Positions 8,741 to 19,598 are shown, counted from the stretch's first letter. The stretch is 64,000 nucleotides of DNA from Minisyncoccota bacterium (GCA_035403785.1 DAONFW010000002.1:12676-76675); one strand, 5' to 3'. Notes: generated by a model not told the origin, from the letters alone. Program-made: numbers and translations.

Positions 8741-9199
8741 TTATTTTACTTCTGCTTTATTTAGAGCCTCTTTTTCTTCTTCAGATAATTCATATTCTGA
8801 TTTTCCGTTTTTGATTGGTTTAGCAAAAATACTCATTCTTTCTCTAGAATATAAACTAGAAATTACGACGCCGTCTTTTTCTTCGTTTAGAATCCCAATA
8901 GCAAAACTTTGGTTACTGCCTTGGTCTGGAAAAGGATTAAATCTTATTGTTTCAACTCCACGAATGCTTTTCTTTAATTTTTTATTAACAACTACTAATT
9001 CTTTTTCAGCTGCCTCTTTTGCTATTTTTAATACAGCTATATCTTTCTCTAAAATGTTAATAGTATCTTCTAAATCTTTAGCTTTTTTACCCATGAAGAA
9101 TTTTTTTAGACGTCTTTCTGTTTTGACAATCCAAAACAATTCCACTAAAATGGCAATTCCAGCAAAAACAAAAAAAGCGATTTGGAGCTTTATATTCAT
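8741..9199 (-). CDS. DUF4446 family membrane-anchored protein
   Basis: N-terminal TM, coiled coil, IRFNPFPDQGSNQSFAI, GVVISSLYSRE, AKPI, YELSEEE. Confidence 0.8.
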   Translation of the reverse strand: MNIKLQIAFFVFAGIAILVELFWIVKTERRLKKFFMGKKAKDLEDTINILEKDIAVLKIAKEAAEKELVVVNKKLKKSIRGVETIRFNPFPDQGSNQSFAIGILNEEKDGVVISSLYSRERMSIFAKPIKNGKSEYELSEEEKEALNKAEVK

Positions 9200-9223
9200 A
9201 CTGATTCAATATATACTATTTTT

Positions 9224-10423
9224 ATGGAAAAATCAAAGAAAATTTATCTAGATAATGCTTCTGCCACACCAATAGACAATCGGGTTCTTTCTGTTATGAC
9301 AAAAATAAGCAAAGAAATTTTTGCCAACGCTAGCGCGATTCACGATTTGGGCATAACTGCAAAGAATAAATTAGAACAAGCAAGAAAAGAAATCGCTACT
9401 ATTTTAAATGCGCATACTGATGAAATAATTTTTACCTCAGGTTCTACTGAATCAAATAATTTGGCAATCAGAGGAATTTTAGAAATTTTGAAAAATAGCA
9501 CAGTAGAAAAAGATTTTATTCCTCATATTATTACAACAAACATAGAGCACGCTTCTGTTTTGGAAGTTTGCAAATATTTAGAAAAAAACAAAAAAGCTGA
9601 ACTTACTTATGTGCCAGTTGAATCAAATGGAATTATAGAGCCAAAGAAAATGAGGAAAGCCTTGAGATCTAACACGGTTTTGGTTTCTGTAATGTATGCA
9701 AACAATGAAATAGGCACTGTTCAGCCAATCCAAGAAATAGCAAAAGAAATCAGATATTTTAACAAAGTAAATAATAAAAAAGTTTTACTTCATACAGATG
9801 CAACGCAGGCTGTAAATTATTTGTTACTTAATGTTGAAAAATTAGGGGTAGACTTAATGTCTTTTAATTCTGGAAAAATTTATGGACCAAAAGGTGTTGG
9901 AGTTTTGTTTATAAAAAGAAGAACAGAAATTGGCCCAATTCTTTTTGGAGGAGAGCAGGAATTTAATTTTCGACCGGGGACTGAAAATTTAGTAAACATA
10001 GTTGGTTTGGCAGAAGCATTAAAAATCACAGAAAAAATAAAAGAGAAAGAAATTAGAAGACTAATTAGTTTGAGAGATTATTTTATTGGAAAACTTTTAG
10101 AATTAAGTGCTGATTTAAAAATAAATATAAACATAAATGGTGATTTGAAAAATAGACTGGCTAATAACGTAAATATAACTATTCCAAAAATTCCAAGCGA
10201 ACTTTTGGTGTTAGAATTATCAGCTAGGGGAATTTATGTTTCAGAAAAAAGTGCTTGTAAATCTGGTGACAAAAAGAGTTCGCACGTTATTCGGGCTATT
10301 ACAGGAAAAAATATTGGTAGTGTCAGATTTTCTTTAGGCAGACAGACAAAAAAAGAGGACTTAGATTATGCAATTAAAGCTTTAAGTCAAATTTTGAAAA
10401 AACTAGAAAAATGGTATTATTAG
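9224..10423 (+). CDS. iscS: Cysteine desulfurase (IscS/NifS family)
   Basis: YLDNASATP, FTSGSTESNN, HTDATQA, GKIYGPKG, SACKSG. Start moved to ATG 9224. Confidence 0.92.
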   Translation: MEKSKKIYLDNASATPIDNRVLSVMTKISKEIFANASAIHDLGITAKNKLEQARKEIATILNAHTDEIIFTSGSTESNNLAIRGILEILKNSTVEKDFIPHIITTNIEHASVLEVCKYLEKNKKAELTYVPVESNGIIEPKKMRKALRSNTVLVSVMYANNEIGTVQPIQEIAKEIRYFNKVNNKKVLLHTDATQAVNYLLLNVEKLGVDLMSFNSGKIYGPKGVGVLFIKRRTEIGPILFGGEQEFNFRPGTENLVNIVGLAEALKITEKIKEKEIRRLISLRDYFIGKLLELSADLKINININGDLKNRLANNVNITIPKIPSELLVLELSARGIYVSEKSACKSGDKKSSHVIRAITGKNIGSVRFSLGRQTKKEDLDYAIKALSQILKKLEKWYY

Positions 10424-10426
10424 GGC

Positions 10427-11053
10427 ATGGATATTAAAGAACTAAACAAAGCGCAGTTAGTAATGCTTTTGGTTTTACTTAGTTTCGTGGTTTCGATCGC
10501 GACGAGTATTATCACTGTGTCATTAATGCAAGAAGCCCCGTCTGTTTCTTTGCCGATTAATAAAATAGTAAAAGAAACGGTTGAAAAAATAGTTCCGGCT
10601 GATGTCCAAGAAGAGCCGACTTTATCATCTGAACAACAAAAATTACTTGAAGAACTGAAAGCGATAAAACCACTAACTGTTTCTGTTTACCTAAAAGGAA
10701 TCACAGAAGATAAAATATTGGGAACAGGTTTGTTTTTGGGAAATAATAAAGTAGTTGTTGCTTCACTGATTGCTGCGCCGAAAGAAGGAGAAAGTTATGT
10801 AGTAAAAAGTGTTCTAGGCGAACAAAAAGTTTCAAAAGTGACTCAAGAAAAAGATTTTACTATTATTGAAATAAATCAAGCGGAAAATACTGTAAATACT
10901 TCAAATGATAATAGTACAAATACAACAAATACAGGCACAGATACGAATACGAATCCTAATACAACAAATACAAACACAAACACAAACACAAACACGAACT
11001 CCACGACTTCGTCAGGAATAAACTTATCTACTACGAGTCCTGCGATACAATAA
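10427..11053 (+). CDS. Hypothetical membrane-anchored protein, possibly a degenerate trypsin-like fold, with Asn/Thr-rich tail
   Basis: N-terminal TM; LGTGLFL; no catalytic triad visible; NTNTNT tail. Confidence 0.6.
   Translation: MDIKELNKAQLVMLLVLLSFVVSIATSIITVSLMQEAPSVSLPINKIVKETVEKIVPADVQEEPTLSSEQQKLLEELKAIKPLTVSVYLKGITEDKILGTGLFLGNNKVVVASLIAAPKEGESYVVKSVLGEQKVSKVTQEKDFTIIEINQAENTVNTSNDNSTNTTNTGTDTNTNPNTTNTNTNTNTNTNSTTSSGINLSTTSPAIQ
10964..10999 (+). repeat. Hexanucleotide (ACAAAC-like) tandem repeat encoding (TN)n
   Basis: ACAAAT ACAAAC ACAAAC ACAAAC ACAAAC ACGAAC. Confidence 0.8.
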
Positions 11054-11092
11054 AAAATAAAAAAATAAAAATTAATTTTTAAATAAAAAAAT

Positions 11093-13792
11093 ATGCCACC
11101 ATTAAATAAATTCACAACCAAAGCAAAAGAGGCGATAAAAAAAGCGCATGAGTTAGCAATAGAGCGGGGACAAGACCACGTTTCCTCGATGCATCTTCTC
11201 GTTGCTCTTTTGGTGCAAGAAGAAAGTATGGTCAATTCTATTTTGGATAGACTAGAAGTAGACACAATGCTTTTAGCTGATTCTTCTCTTGAAGCAATCG
11301 AGTTGCCAGAATCAAAAAGTACACTTTCGCCTGCATATCAGATTTATTTAACAGCAGATTTGGCACAGGTTATTGAACATTCTGTAAAAGTAGCGGAATT
11401 TTTGAAAGATAATTTTGTATCAACAGAGCATTTATTTATTTCAATGCTTGAAGTGCAAGGTGAAGCAAAAGAACTTTTGGCTAGATTCAAAATTAATAAA
11501 GAATTAGTTTTGAAAATTTTAGAACAACTTCGCAGTCAGGATATTACAGGAAATGAAGAACCAAAAAAGTTCAGATTACTTTTGAAATATACTAGAAATC
11601 TAACCAAACTTGCGAAAGAAGATAAATTAGACCCAGTTATTGGTCGTGATAGTGAAATAATGCGCATAATGCAGATTCTTTCACGACGTACTAAAAATAA
11701 TCCGATTTTGATTGGAGAAGCGGGAACAGGAAAGACTGCAGTTGTTGAAGGTTTGGCTCAAAGAATAGCAAAAGGAGATGTTCCAGAATCTTTGAAAGAA
11801 AAAGAAATTGTTTCTCTTGATTTAGGATTGCTTATTGCTGGAACAAAATACAGAGGAGAATTTGAAGAAAGACTAAAAGGCATTATGAAAGAAATCGAAA
11901 GAGCAGAAGGAAAAATTATTTTATTCATAGATGAAATTCATACTATAGTTGGTGCTGGTGGCGGAGAAGGAACACTCGATGCTTCTAACATGCTAAAACC
12001 AACTTTGGCTCGAGGAGAATTAAGAGCAGTCGGTGCGACAACTTTGAAAGAATATCAGAAATATATAGAAAAAGATCCAGCGTTGGCTAGAAGATTTCAA
12101 CCTGTTTATATCGACGAGCCTTCTGTGGAAGATGCGATTGCAATTTTGCGTGGACTAAAAGAAAAATATGAATTATTCCATGGTGTGAGAATTACAGATG
12201 ATGCTATTGTTTCTGCTGTTAACTTATCTTCGAGATATATCACAAATAGATTTTTGCCAGATAAGGCTGTAGATTTGATAGATGAAGCTTCTTCTTCTTT
12301 AAAAATTTCTTTGGAAAATAAACCGCCAGTTCTAGAAGATGCACACAGAAAGATAATGAGATTAGAGATAGAAAAAGAAGCGCTCAAAAAAGAAATTTCT
12401 TCTTCAGGTTTAAGCGGAGAAAAAGAAAGCGGAAAACACGCTAAAGCTAGAATAAAAGAAATTGAAAAAGAAATTGCTAATTTAAATGAAAAGACGAAAG
12501 AACTTGAATTGAAATGGCAAAACGAAAAAAGTGTTGTTACTGAAATTGGTAAAATTAAAAAAGAATTAGAGGCTCTAAGATTAGAAGCTGAAAGCGCGGA
12601 AATGAAAGCTGATTTATCAAAAGCAGCGGAGATTCGCTATGGAAAAATTCCTACTCTTAAAAAAGATTTAGATACAAAACTTGCAAAATTGAAAAAATTG
12701 CAGAAGTCTAGAAGAATTCTAAAAGAAGAAATTACAGCAGAAGATATTGCAGAAGTTGTAGCACGCTGGACTGGAATTCCATTACGCAAAATGCTTGAAG
12801 AAGAACGCGCAAAATTAGAAAGAATGGAAGAAGAATTAAACAAAAGAGTAATTGGTCAAGATGATGCTATTCACAGAATAGCAGATGTGATTAGAAGATC
12901 TCGTGCTGGAATTTCTGATCCGAACAGGCCGATAGGTTCTTTTATTTTCTTGGGACCGACTGGAGTTGGAAAAACTGAACTTACAAAAGCTTTGAGCCAG
13001 TTTATGTTCAATGATGATAGAGCGTTAATTCGTGTTGATATGTCTGAATATATGGAAAAGCATTCTGTTTCGAAATTAATTGGTTCACCACCGGGTTATG
13101 TTGGTTATGATGAAGCAGGACAACTTACTGAAGCTATCAGGCACAGACCGTATGCTGTAGTTTTGTTTGATGAAATAGAAAAAGCGCATCCAGAAGTTTT
13201 TAACATGCTTTTGCAAGTAATAGATGAAGGAAGACTGACAGACGGAAAAGGTAGAATAGTAAATTTCAAAAATGCGATAATTATTTTGACTTCAAATATT
13301 GGCTCGCAGTTTGTTGAAAAAATGGAATCAATTGGATTTACAAATAGTTCAAGTAAAGAAGATTACAGTAATATGAAAGGAAAAGTATTGGAAGCTCTGA
13401 AAGAAAATTTCCGCCCAGAATTTATAAACAGAATAGATGAGACTATCGTGTTTGATGTTCTTTCTGAAGATGCTATTAGAAAAATAGTTGATCTAAGAAT
13501 TCAGGTTGTGCGAGACAGATTACTATCAAAAAATATTGGTTTTCAAATTTCTGAAGATGCTTTGAATTATTTGGCAAAAGAAGGATATAATCCACACTAT
13601 GGCGCACGGCCATTAAACAGACTGATTCAAAATAAAATTTTAAATCCAGTTGCTTCTTATATTATTTCTAATGATGTTAAGAAAAATGATGTAGTCTTTG
13701 TTTCTGTAAAAAATAATGAGCTTCTTATTGAAACTAAAAGAGGGAAAGTGAAAAGTAATGTTTCAGTAAAATTAAGAAGTTCTATTAAATAA
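11093..13792 (+). CDS. clpB: ATP-dependent chaperone ClpB
   Basis: Clp N domain; two AAA+ modules ([16 protein letters not shown]); long coiled-coil M domain with AAEIRYG. Confidence 0.93.
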   Translation: MPPLNKFTTKAKEAIKKAHELAIERGQDHVSSMHLLVALLVQEESMVNSILDRLEVDTMLLADSSLEAIELPESKSTLSPAYQIYLTADLAQVIEHSVKVAEFLKDNFVSTEHLFISMLEVQGEAKELLARFKINKELVLKILEQLRSQDITGNEEPKKFRLLLKYTRNLTKLAKEDKLDPVIGRDSEIMRIMQILSRRTKNNPILIGEAGTGKTAVVEGLAQRIAKGDVPESLKEKEIVSLDLGLLIAGTKYRGEFEERLKGIMKEIERAEGKIILFIDEIHTIVGAGGGEGTLDASNMLKPTLARGELRAVGATTLKEYQKYIEKDPALARRFQPVYIDEPSVEDAIAILRGLKEKYELFHGVRITDDAIVSAVNLSSRYITNRFLPDKAVDLIDEASSSLKISLENKPPVLEDAHRKIMRLEIEKEALKKEISSSGLSGEKESGKHAKARIKEIEKEIANLNEKTKELELKWQNEKSVVTEIGKIKKELEALRLEAESAEMKADLSKAAEIRYGKIPTLKKDLDTKLAKLKKLQKSRRILKEEITAEDIAEVVARWTGIPLRKMLEEERAKLERMEEELNKRVIGQDDAIHRIADVIRRSRAGISDPNRPIGSFIFLGPTGVGKTELTKALSQFMFNDDRALIRVDMSEYMEKHSVSKLIGSPPGYVGYDEAGQLTEAIRHRPYAVVLFDEIEKAHPEVFNMLLQVIDEGRLTDGKGRIVNFKNAIIILTSNIGSQFVEKMESIGFTNSSSKEDYSNMKGKVLEALKENFRPEFINRIDETIVFDVLSEDAIRKIVDLRIQVVRDRLLSKNIGFQISEDALNYLAKEGYNPHYGARPLNRLIQNKILNPVASYIISNDVKKNDVVFVSVKNNELLIETKRGKVKSNVSVKLRSSIK

Positions 13793-13841
13793 AGCTCTCA
13801 AAAGATGCAAAAAATATAATTTTATGTTATTTTAGAGCTAT

Positions 13842-13925
13842 GCGTCGGTGGCGGAGTGGTCAATCGCAACTGACTGTAAATCAGTCGCCCTTCGGGCTAC
13901 GTAGGTTCGAATCCTACCCGGCGCA
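13842..13925 (+). tRNA. tRNA-Tyr(GTA)
   Basis: GCGTCGG..CCGGCGC-A; ACTGA-CTGTAAA-TCAGT; long variable arm. Confidence 0.95.
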
Positions 13926-14013
13926 CAATTTTAATCTTATTTTTAGCTTTTTAAAAAACTTCTTTTTGCATATGTGATATAATATATGTATTAGTAATTT
14001 TTAAGATAATTAT

Positions 14014-15690
14014 ATGAAAAAATATTTTAGCTCCTTAGGTTTTTTTCCTTTCTTTTTTGCTTTATTTTTATTTCCTTCAATTATTTTTGCACAAATAACA
14101 GAACCTGCTCAGGTTACTGGTCTTTTAGCTAGCGTTAGTGAATATAAACAAATTGATTTATCTTGGGTAGCACCAGATGATGGTGGTTCGCCAATTATTG
14201 GTTATCAAATTGAAAGAGAATCTCCAATTGGAAGTGGTTTTTCTGTTGTTATGCCAAATACAGGGGGTCCTGGAACTACTTATAGTGATACTGAACTTAA
14301 TCAAAATACAGAATATAATTATCGTGTTTCTGCTATTAACACTATCGGAACTGGTATTGCTTCAAACGAAGCAAGTGCTATTACAGAAAATGTTCTTAGT
14401 TATTTTGCAGGTGGTTCTGGTATTTCAGAAGATCCTTTTTTAATAACAACTTGTCAACAATTACAAAATGTTAATCATTTTGGAGGTCAGAGTAATCATT
14501 ATTATTTTAAAGTAATGAACGATATTAATTGTTCAGATACTGTAAATTGGAACAGCGGAGCAGGTTTTATTCCAATTGGACCATGGTTCGGTGGTTCTGT
14601 TGATGGAAATAAGAAAACAGTTTCTAATTTATTTATTAATAATTTTAATGAATCTGGAGGTACTGGACTGTTTGGATCTATAGATAGCGCAATTGTTTCA
14701 GAAATTGGTTTAGTAAATGTAGATATTACTGGATCATCAGGTGATGTTGGAGGGTTAGTTGGATATAGTATTCAAAGTCATTTAGAAAATAATTATGTAC
14801 AAGGTAACATTACTGGTGGAAGTAATGTTGGAGGGTTAGTTGGTAAAGTTTCTTCCCTTGGTCCAAAAACTATAGTTAATTCATATACCGATACGGTTGT
14901 TGTGGGGCAAGAGAATGTTGGAGGATTAGCAGGATATCTTGAAGAAGATAATATTTATAATTCATACGCTGTTGGAACAACTACTTCTACAATAAGTGGT
15001 AATGTTGGAGGGTTGGTTGGATATTGTAAAGGTGGTTATTCGAATTTAATTCATAATTCTGGTTGGTATAAAGGAAATAAAACAATTTCTGGAATTGGAT
15101 ATGATTCTGGCACAGATAATTTTGCTGAGGTAACTTATCCTGAAACAAATAAAAATGTTTTTTATGATAAAAATCATGCTATTTATACAGTAGGTGATTT
15201 ATATAAATGGTCGTTTGATGGTAATCCTTGGTATGAATATACTAATAGTTATCCAAAGTTTACAGAACAAGAAATAATTCCTGTAATTCTTCGTCACACA
15301 ACCACTGGCTCTTATCCAACAGGAAAAAATCCATTTATAACTTCTTCATCTTCTATCCCACCCACCGACTGTTTAGCAGGATATCTATTTAGTCCAAGTA
15401 CAGGTAAAGCATGTGGAACAACATCTGCTCCAACTACACCTAAATTCACATTCACAAAGAACTTAAAATACCTACAGATAGACAATGAAGTAAAAGAACT
15501 TCAAAAGTTCTTAAACACTCATGGCTATCAAGTATCTACTACAGGAGCAGGTTCACTAGATAATGAGACAAATTATTTTGGACCAAAAACTAAACAAACT
15601 GTAATTAAGTTTCAATTCGCTAATAATTTGACAGGAGATGGATTAGTTGGACCAATAACTAGGGGAGTATTGAATTCTTTGGTAAAATAA
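14014..15690 (+). CDS. Secreted surface protein: fibronectin type III + GLUG-repeat region + C-terminal peptidoglycan-binding domain
   Basis: LSWVAPDDGGSPIIGYQIER..YNYRVSAIN; FAGGSG..DPFLI; four VGGL(V/A)G motifs; VKELQKFLN..YFGPKT..FQ..L..DGLVGPIT. Confidence 0.85.
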   Translation: MKKYFSSLGFFPFFFALFLFPSIIFAQITEPAQVTGLLASVSEYKQIDLSWVAPDDGGSPIIGYQIERESPIGSGFSVVMPNTGGPGTTYSDTELNQNTEYNYRVSAINTIGTGIASNEASAITENVLSYFAGGSGISEDPFLITTCQQLQNVNHFGGQSNHYYFKVMNDINCSDTVNWNSGAGFIPIGPWFGGSVDGNKKTVSNLFINNFNESGGTGLFGSIDSAIVSEIGLVNVDITGSSGDVGGLVGYSIQSHLENNYVQGNITGGSNVGGLVGKVSSLGPKTIVNSYTDTVVVGQENVGGLAGYLEEDNIYNSYAVGTTTSTISGNVGGLVGYCKGGYSNLIHNSGWYKGNKTISGIGYDSGTDNFAEVTYPETNKNVFYDKNHAIYTVGDLYKWSFDGNPWYEYTNSYPKFTEQEIIPVILRHTTTGSYPTGKNPFITSSSSIPPTDCLAGYLFSPSTGKACGTTSAPTTPKFTFTKNLKYLQIDNEVKELQKFLNTHGYQVSTTGAGSLDNETNYFGPKTKQTVIKFQFANNLTGDGLVGPITRGVLNSLVK

Positions 15691-15833
15691 AATTTAATCT
15701 TTATCCTATAAATACTATTAAGTTAAGTTTGGGATACAAACAATAGTGTCTAAAGCTGCTGGGTAAACATTACTGAATTTGGCACACAAAACTCTCTTGT
15801 AATTAATTAATTTAGTTTGAACATTCTCTAAAA

Positions 15834-15843
15834 CGGCGCACAA
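15834..15843 (+). repeat. 10-bp copy of the tRNA-Tyr 3' end (att-like)
   Basis: CGGCGCACAA, identical to 13919-13928. Confidence 0.55.
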
Positions 15844-15930
15844 AATTAAAACCCGCATATTTAATGCGTGCTCTACACTAAATTATTAAGAAGCATGATT
15901 TTTAACTTTATTTATGCTAATATTTTCAAC

Positions 15931-16926
15931 ATGTCATTAAGTATAGGAATAGTAGGTTTGCCAAACGTAGGAAAAAGCACGTTGTTTAACGCGCTTACAA
16001 AAAAAGGCGTTCCAGCGGAAAATTATCCATTTTGTACGATTGATCCATCTGTCGGAATAGTGCCAGTGCCAGACGAGAGGGTAGAATTGCTTTCTAATTT
16101 TTCTAAATCAAAAAAAACTATTCCAGCAGTTATTGAATTCGTTGATATTGCTGGTTTGGTTGCAGGTGCGTCAAAAGGTGAAGGTTTGGGAAATAAATTT
16201 CTTTCTAATATTCGCGAAGTAGATGCTATTGCTCATGTTGTGAGAACTTTCGAAGACAATTCTGTAATTCATGTTGCAAATAAAGTTGATCCGTCTAATG
16301 ATATTGGCGTGATAAATCTAGAATTAGTTTTGGCTGACATGGAAAGTGTTACAAAAAGAATTGCTAATCTCACAAAAGATGTAAAAAGAGGCGACAAAGA
16401 AGCAGTTGCTGAAAATAATATTTTAGAAAAATTAGTAAAAATTTTAGAAGCTGGAAGATTGGCAATAGAAGCAAATTTGAGTGAAGAAGAAAAATTTAAA
16501 ATAAAATCTTTAAACTTACTCACACTCAAGCCTATGTTGTATGTCTTGAATGTTTCAGAAGCGAATGAAAATGTCGAAATAAATTTGCCGACCGGAAGTA
16601 TTTCTGTGAAAGTTGATCCAGTTTTTGAAAAAGGTTTTGATGATTTAATTAAAAAAAGTTATGAGCTTTTGGGTTTGGAAACTTTTTTGACTACGGGGGA
16701 AGACGAAACTCGCGCTTGGACTATCAAGAAAAATTCTACTGCGCCGATTGCCGGCACAGCTATTCACACTGATTTTCGAGATAAATTCATTCGCGCTGAT
16801 GTGATTAATTGGAAAGATTTACTAGATGCTGGAAGCTATGCAAATGCCCGCGCAAAAGGTTTGGTCAGAACAGAAGGGAAAGAATATGTTGTGAAAGATG
16901 GGGATGTGATTGAGTTTAAAATCTAA
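15931..16926 (+). CDS. ychF: Ribosome-binding ATPase YchF
   Basis: GIVGLPNVGKSTLFNALT, NYPFCTIDP, DIAGLV, EGKEYVVKDGDV. Start at ATG 15931. Confidence 0.97.
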   Translation: MSLSIGIVGLPNVGKSTLFNALTKKGVPAENYPFCTIDPSVGIVPVPDERVELLSNFSKSKKTIPAVIEFVDIAGLVAGASKGEGLGNKFLSNIREVDAIAHVVRTFEDNSVIHVANKVDPSNDIGVINLELVLADMESVTKRIANLTKDVKRGDKEAVAENNILEKLVKILEAGRLAIEANLSEEEKFKIKSLNLLTLKPMLYVLNVSEANENVEINLPTGSISVKVDPVFEKGFDDLIKKSYELLGLETFLTTGEDETRAWTIKKNSTAPIAGTAIHTDFRDKFIRADVINWKDLLDAGSYANARAKGLVRTEGKEYVVKDGDVIEFKI

Positions 16927-16933
16927 TGAAAAT

Positions 16934-17653
16934 ATGCACAAAAAGTCCGTTTTAATAATTGCGCACAATGAGGAAAAATACATTTCAAAATGCGTTGAGT
17001 CTGTTTTAAGCCAAACTCAAAAAGCAGATGAGATTGTTTTGCTAATACATAATTCTTCTGATGATACTTTAAATTTGGCGAAAAAATATCAAGATATAAT
17101 TAAGATTATTGAATACAAAGGACCAGAAGGAATAGTTTACGCAAGAGTAGAAGGATTGAAAAATGTGACAGGTGATATTGTTTTGTGTATAGACGGTGAT
17201 TCTTATGCAAAGAAAAATTGGATTGAAGTTATGACTAAATTATTAGAGCAGAATAATATTTTAGTTGCTTCTTGGGTAAAAATAAAAGGTGCTAATTTTA
17301 ATTTTTTTCATAATCTTTTAAATAAATATTTATGCGTTTGGAATTTTAGAAGAAAAGCACGTTGGGTTTGGGGACCAAGTTTTGCTTTTTGGGGAAGAGA
17401 TAAAAATAAAGTTTCAGAAATTTTTATAAAAAGTATTGAATTAAGTAAACATTTAAATTTAACTAGAAACCCAGAAGATTTGTGGCTCGCTCTGTTTTTA
17501 GAACAAGATGGTAAAATAGAAATTACAAACAAAACCTTTGTTGTTGCAAATCAAAAAGAAAAAGGAAGCAGAGAAGCTTTTTCGAGAAATTTAGAAAATG
17601 TGCGAAATGGAAAAATTATTGAAAGATATTGGAAAGAAAATTATGGAAAATAA
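16934..17653 (+). CDS. Glycosyltransferase family 2
   Basis: SVLIIAHNEEKYI, SSDDT, AR..G, IDGD (DxD), ED motif. Confidence 0.88.
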   Translation: MHKKSVLIIAHNEEKYISKCVESVLSQTQKADEIVLLIHNSSDDTLNLAKKYQDIIKIIEYKGPEGIVYARVEGLKNVTGDIVLCIDGDSYAKKNWIEVMTKLLEQNNILVASWVKIKGANFNFFHNLLNKYLCVWNFRRKARWVWGPSFAFWGRDKNKVSEIFIKSIELSKHLNLTRNPEDLWLALFLEQDGKIEITNKTFVVANQKEKGSREAFSRNLENVRNGKIIERYWKENYGK

Positions 17654-18158
17654 AGAAATTCTAAAAATCCTAAAATCCGACGGAATTGGCGTAATGCCGA
17701 CTGATACTTTGTATGGCTTGGTTGGAAGTGCTTTTTCCAAGAAAGCTATAAATAGAATTTACAAAGTAAAAAATAGAAATAAAAGCAAAAAGTTGATTGT
17801 TTTGATTTCTAATTTGAAAGATTTGGAAAAATTTAATATAAAAATAACTAAAGAGCAGAAAGAAGTTTTGCATAAATTCTGGCCCGGAAAAGTGAGTTTT
17901 GTTTTGAATAATATTGCTTTCAGATTGCCGAATAAGCAAAAGCTTATAGAAATTTTGAAAAAGACCGGGCCACTTGTTGCGCCATCCGCTAATCCAGAAG
18001 GTTTGAAACCAGCTAAGAATATTACAGAAGCCAAAAAATATTTTGGAGATTTAGTGGATTTTTATATTGCTGGAGGAAATTTAGAATCAGAGCCGTCTAC
18101 TTTATTAAAAGTAAACAAAAAGGGAGAAATAGAAATTCTTCGTGGTAAAATAAAATAA
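17643..18158 (+). CDS. tsaC: L-threonylcarbamoyladenylate synthase (Sua5/YrdC)
   Basis: MPTDTLYGL, K.R...K, FWPG, APSANPEG, PSTL. Confidence 0.92.
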   Translation: MENKEILKILKSDGIGVMPTDTLYGLVGSAFSKKAINRIYKVKNRNKSKKLIVLISNLKDLEKFNIKITKEQKEVLHKFWPGKVSFVLNNIAFRLPNKQKLIEILKKTGPLVAPSANPEGLKPAKNITEAKKYFGDLVDFYIAGGNLESEPSTLLKVNKKGEIEILRGKIK

Positions 18159-19045
18159 TGGAGGAAACAAAAATTTATTATTCAAAAGATTGGAAAGATT
18201 ACGAACTTCTCGATACGGGAGAAGGAGAAAAATTAGAACGCGTTGGTAATTATAAATTTGTTAGGCCGTTTGAGGATGCTGTTTGGGTAAAAAGTTTGGC
18301 AAAGAAAGATTGGGCAGAAATAGATGGAAAATTTTTTACTTCTAAAAATAACAAGAACGAAAAGTCTGGTTGGAAACTAAATAAATCTTTGCCAAAAAAA
18401 TGGGAAATTAATTATAAAGATATAAAATTTTCTGTTACGCCAACGCCATTTAGGCATTTTGGTTTTTTTGGAGAACAGGCGAGCCATTGGGATTTTATAG
18501 AAAACAGTATAAAAAATTCAGGCAGGCATATAAAATTTCTAAATCTTTTTGGCTACACTGGCGTTGCGAGTTTGTTTGCATTACGAGCTGGGGCAGAAGT
18601 TACGCATTTAGATGCATCAAAAACCAGTCTTACTTGGGCGAAAGAAAATCAGGAACTTTCTGGCTTGAGTAATCTACCAATGAGAATTATTTGCGACGAT
18701 GCTTTGAAATTTTTAGAACGTGAAGCAAAAAGGGGAAATAAATATGATGCTGTTATTATGGACCCACCGAAGCACGGCAGAGGGCCAAACGGTGAAATTT
18801 GGAAAATAGAAGAAATGTTGCCAAAGCTTTTAGAAAACGTGAGAAAAGTTTTATCTGACAAGCCACTATTTGTGATTCTTACTTCTTATGCTATTGATGC
18901 ATCTTCTTTGTCTTTAAAATACGCACTTGAAGATGCATTAAAAGATTTTCACGGCAAAGTAGAAAATGGAGAATTGTGTTTATTAGAAACTTCTAAAAAA
19001 AGAACGATTCCTTCAGCTAATACAGCTATTTGGAAATCTTTTTAG
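18158..19045 (+). CDS. SAM-dependent methyltransferase (RlmI/RlmK-like)
   Basis: DYELLDTGEGEKLER, LNLFGYTG, DAVIMDPP. Confidence 0.88.
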   Translation: MEETKIYYSKDWKDYELLDTGEGEKLERVGNYKFVRPFEDAVWVKSLAKKDWAEIDGKFFTSKNNKNEKSGWKLNKSLPKKWEINYKDIKFSVTPTPFRHFGFFGEQASHWDFIENSIKNSGRHIKFLNLFGYTGVASLFALRAGAEVTHLDASKTSLTWAKENQELSGLSNLPMRIICDDALKFLEREAKRGNKYDAVIMDPPKHGRGPNGEIWKIEEMLPKLLENVRKVLSDKPLFVILTSYAIDASSLSLKYALEDALKDFHGKVENGELCLLETSKKRTIPSANTAIWKSF

Positions 19046-19598
19046 TTTTTGAATTTTTTATTTTATTATTTGCTTTTTCAGTAGCTCTTGTTTTTCTGGT
19101 TTGACTTTGTTCTTTTAACTCTAGAACTTCTTCTATTAGTTTTCCTAAATTTTCTTCTATCTTTTGCATTAGTTCATCGTCTTTCTTTTGTTCTGATTCT
19201 TCATTTTCAGAGTCTTCTTGGATTTCTTCCACATCTTCTTGAATCTCGTCCACATCTTCTTGGATTTCATCGACATCTTTTTGAATCTCATCAACATCTT
19301 TTTCAATTTCTTCAACGTCTTCTTGAATTTCTTCAATATCTTCCGAAACTTCTTCTAGTTCTTCTGCGTGCTTATTTACAGTCATTTGAATAAAAATAGA
19401 AAGATAAATAGCTTCGAGAGAAACTATAGTAGTAAGAACAAGCATGACTTTGTCAAAATTTACGCTATTGTTTAAAGCGAGTCCCATCATGATAGCAAAG
19501 AAAACGGTATGAACAAAAAGGGAACTGGGTGAACCAATCCATCTCACAAATTTATCTGATGCTTTTCTAATTCTTATTTTTCTTTCTTTTCTGGTCAT
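19026..19598 (-). CDS. DUF1003-like membrane protein with acidic heptad-repeat coiled coil
   Basis: RWIGS, LTTIVSLEAIYLSIFIQM, then (V/I)(E/D)EIQ(E/K)D repeats. Confidence 0.8.
   Translation of the reverse strand: MTRKERKIRIRKASDKFVRWIGSPSSLFVHTVFFAIMMGLALNNSVNFDKVMLVLTTIVSLEAIYLSIFIQMTVNKHAEELEEVSEDIEEIQEDVEEIEKDVDEIQKDVDEIQEDVDEIQEDVEEIQEDSENEESEQKKDDELMQKIEENLGKLIEEVLELKEQSQTRKTRATEKANNKIKNSKTKKISK
19211..19360 (-). repeat. Imperfect 21-nt tandem repeat (about 7 heptads)
   Basis: EEVSEDI EEIQEDV EEIEKDV DEIQKDV DEIQEDV DEIQEDV EEIQEDS. Confidence 0.8.

Noticed and set aside
10876-11265. Antisense ORF with FVFVFV hydrophobic run
   Set aside because: It is the reverse complement of the (TN)n repeat and the clpB start.
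19211-19360. 21-nt periodic repeat as a possible CRISPR array
   Set aside because: No unique spacers, in-frame coding heptads, and no cas genes in the window.
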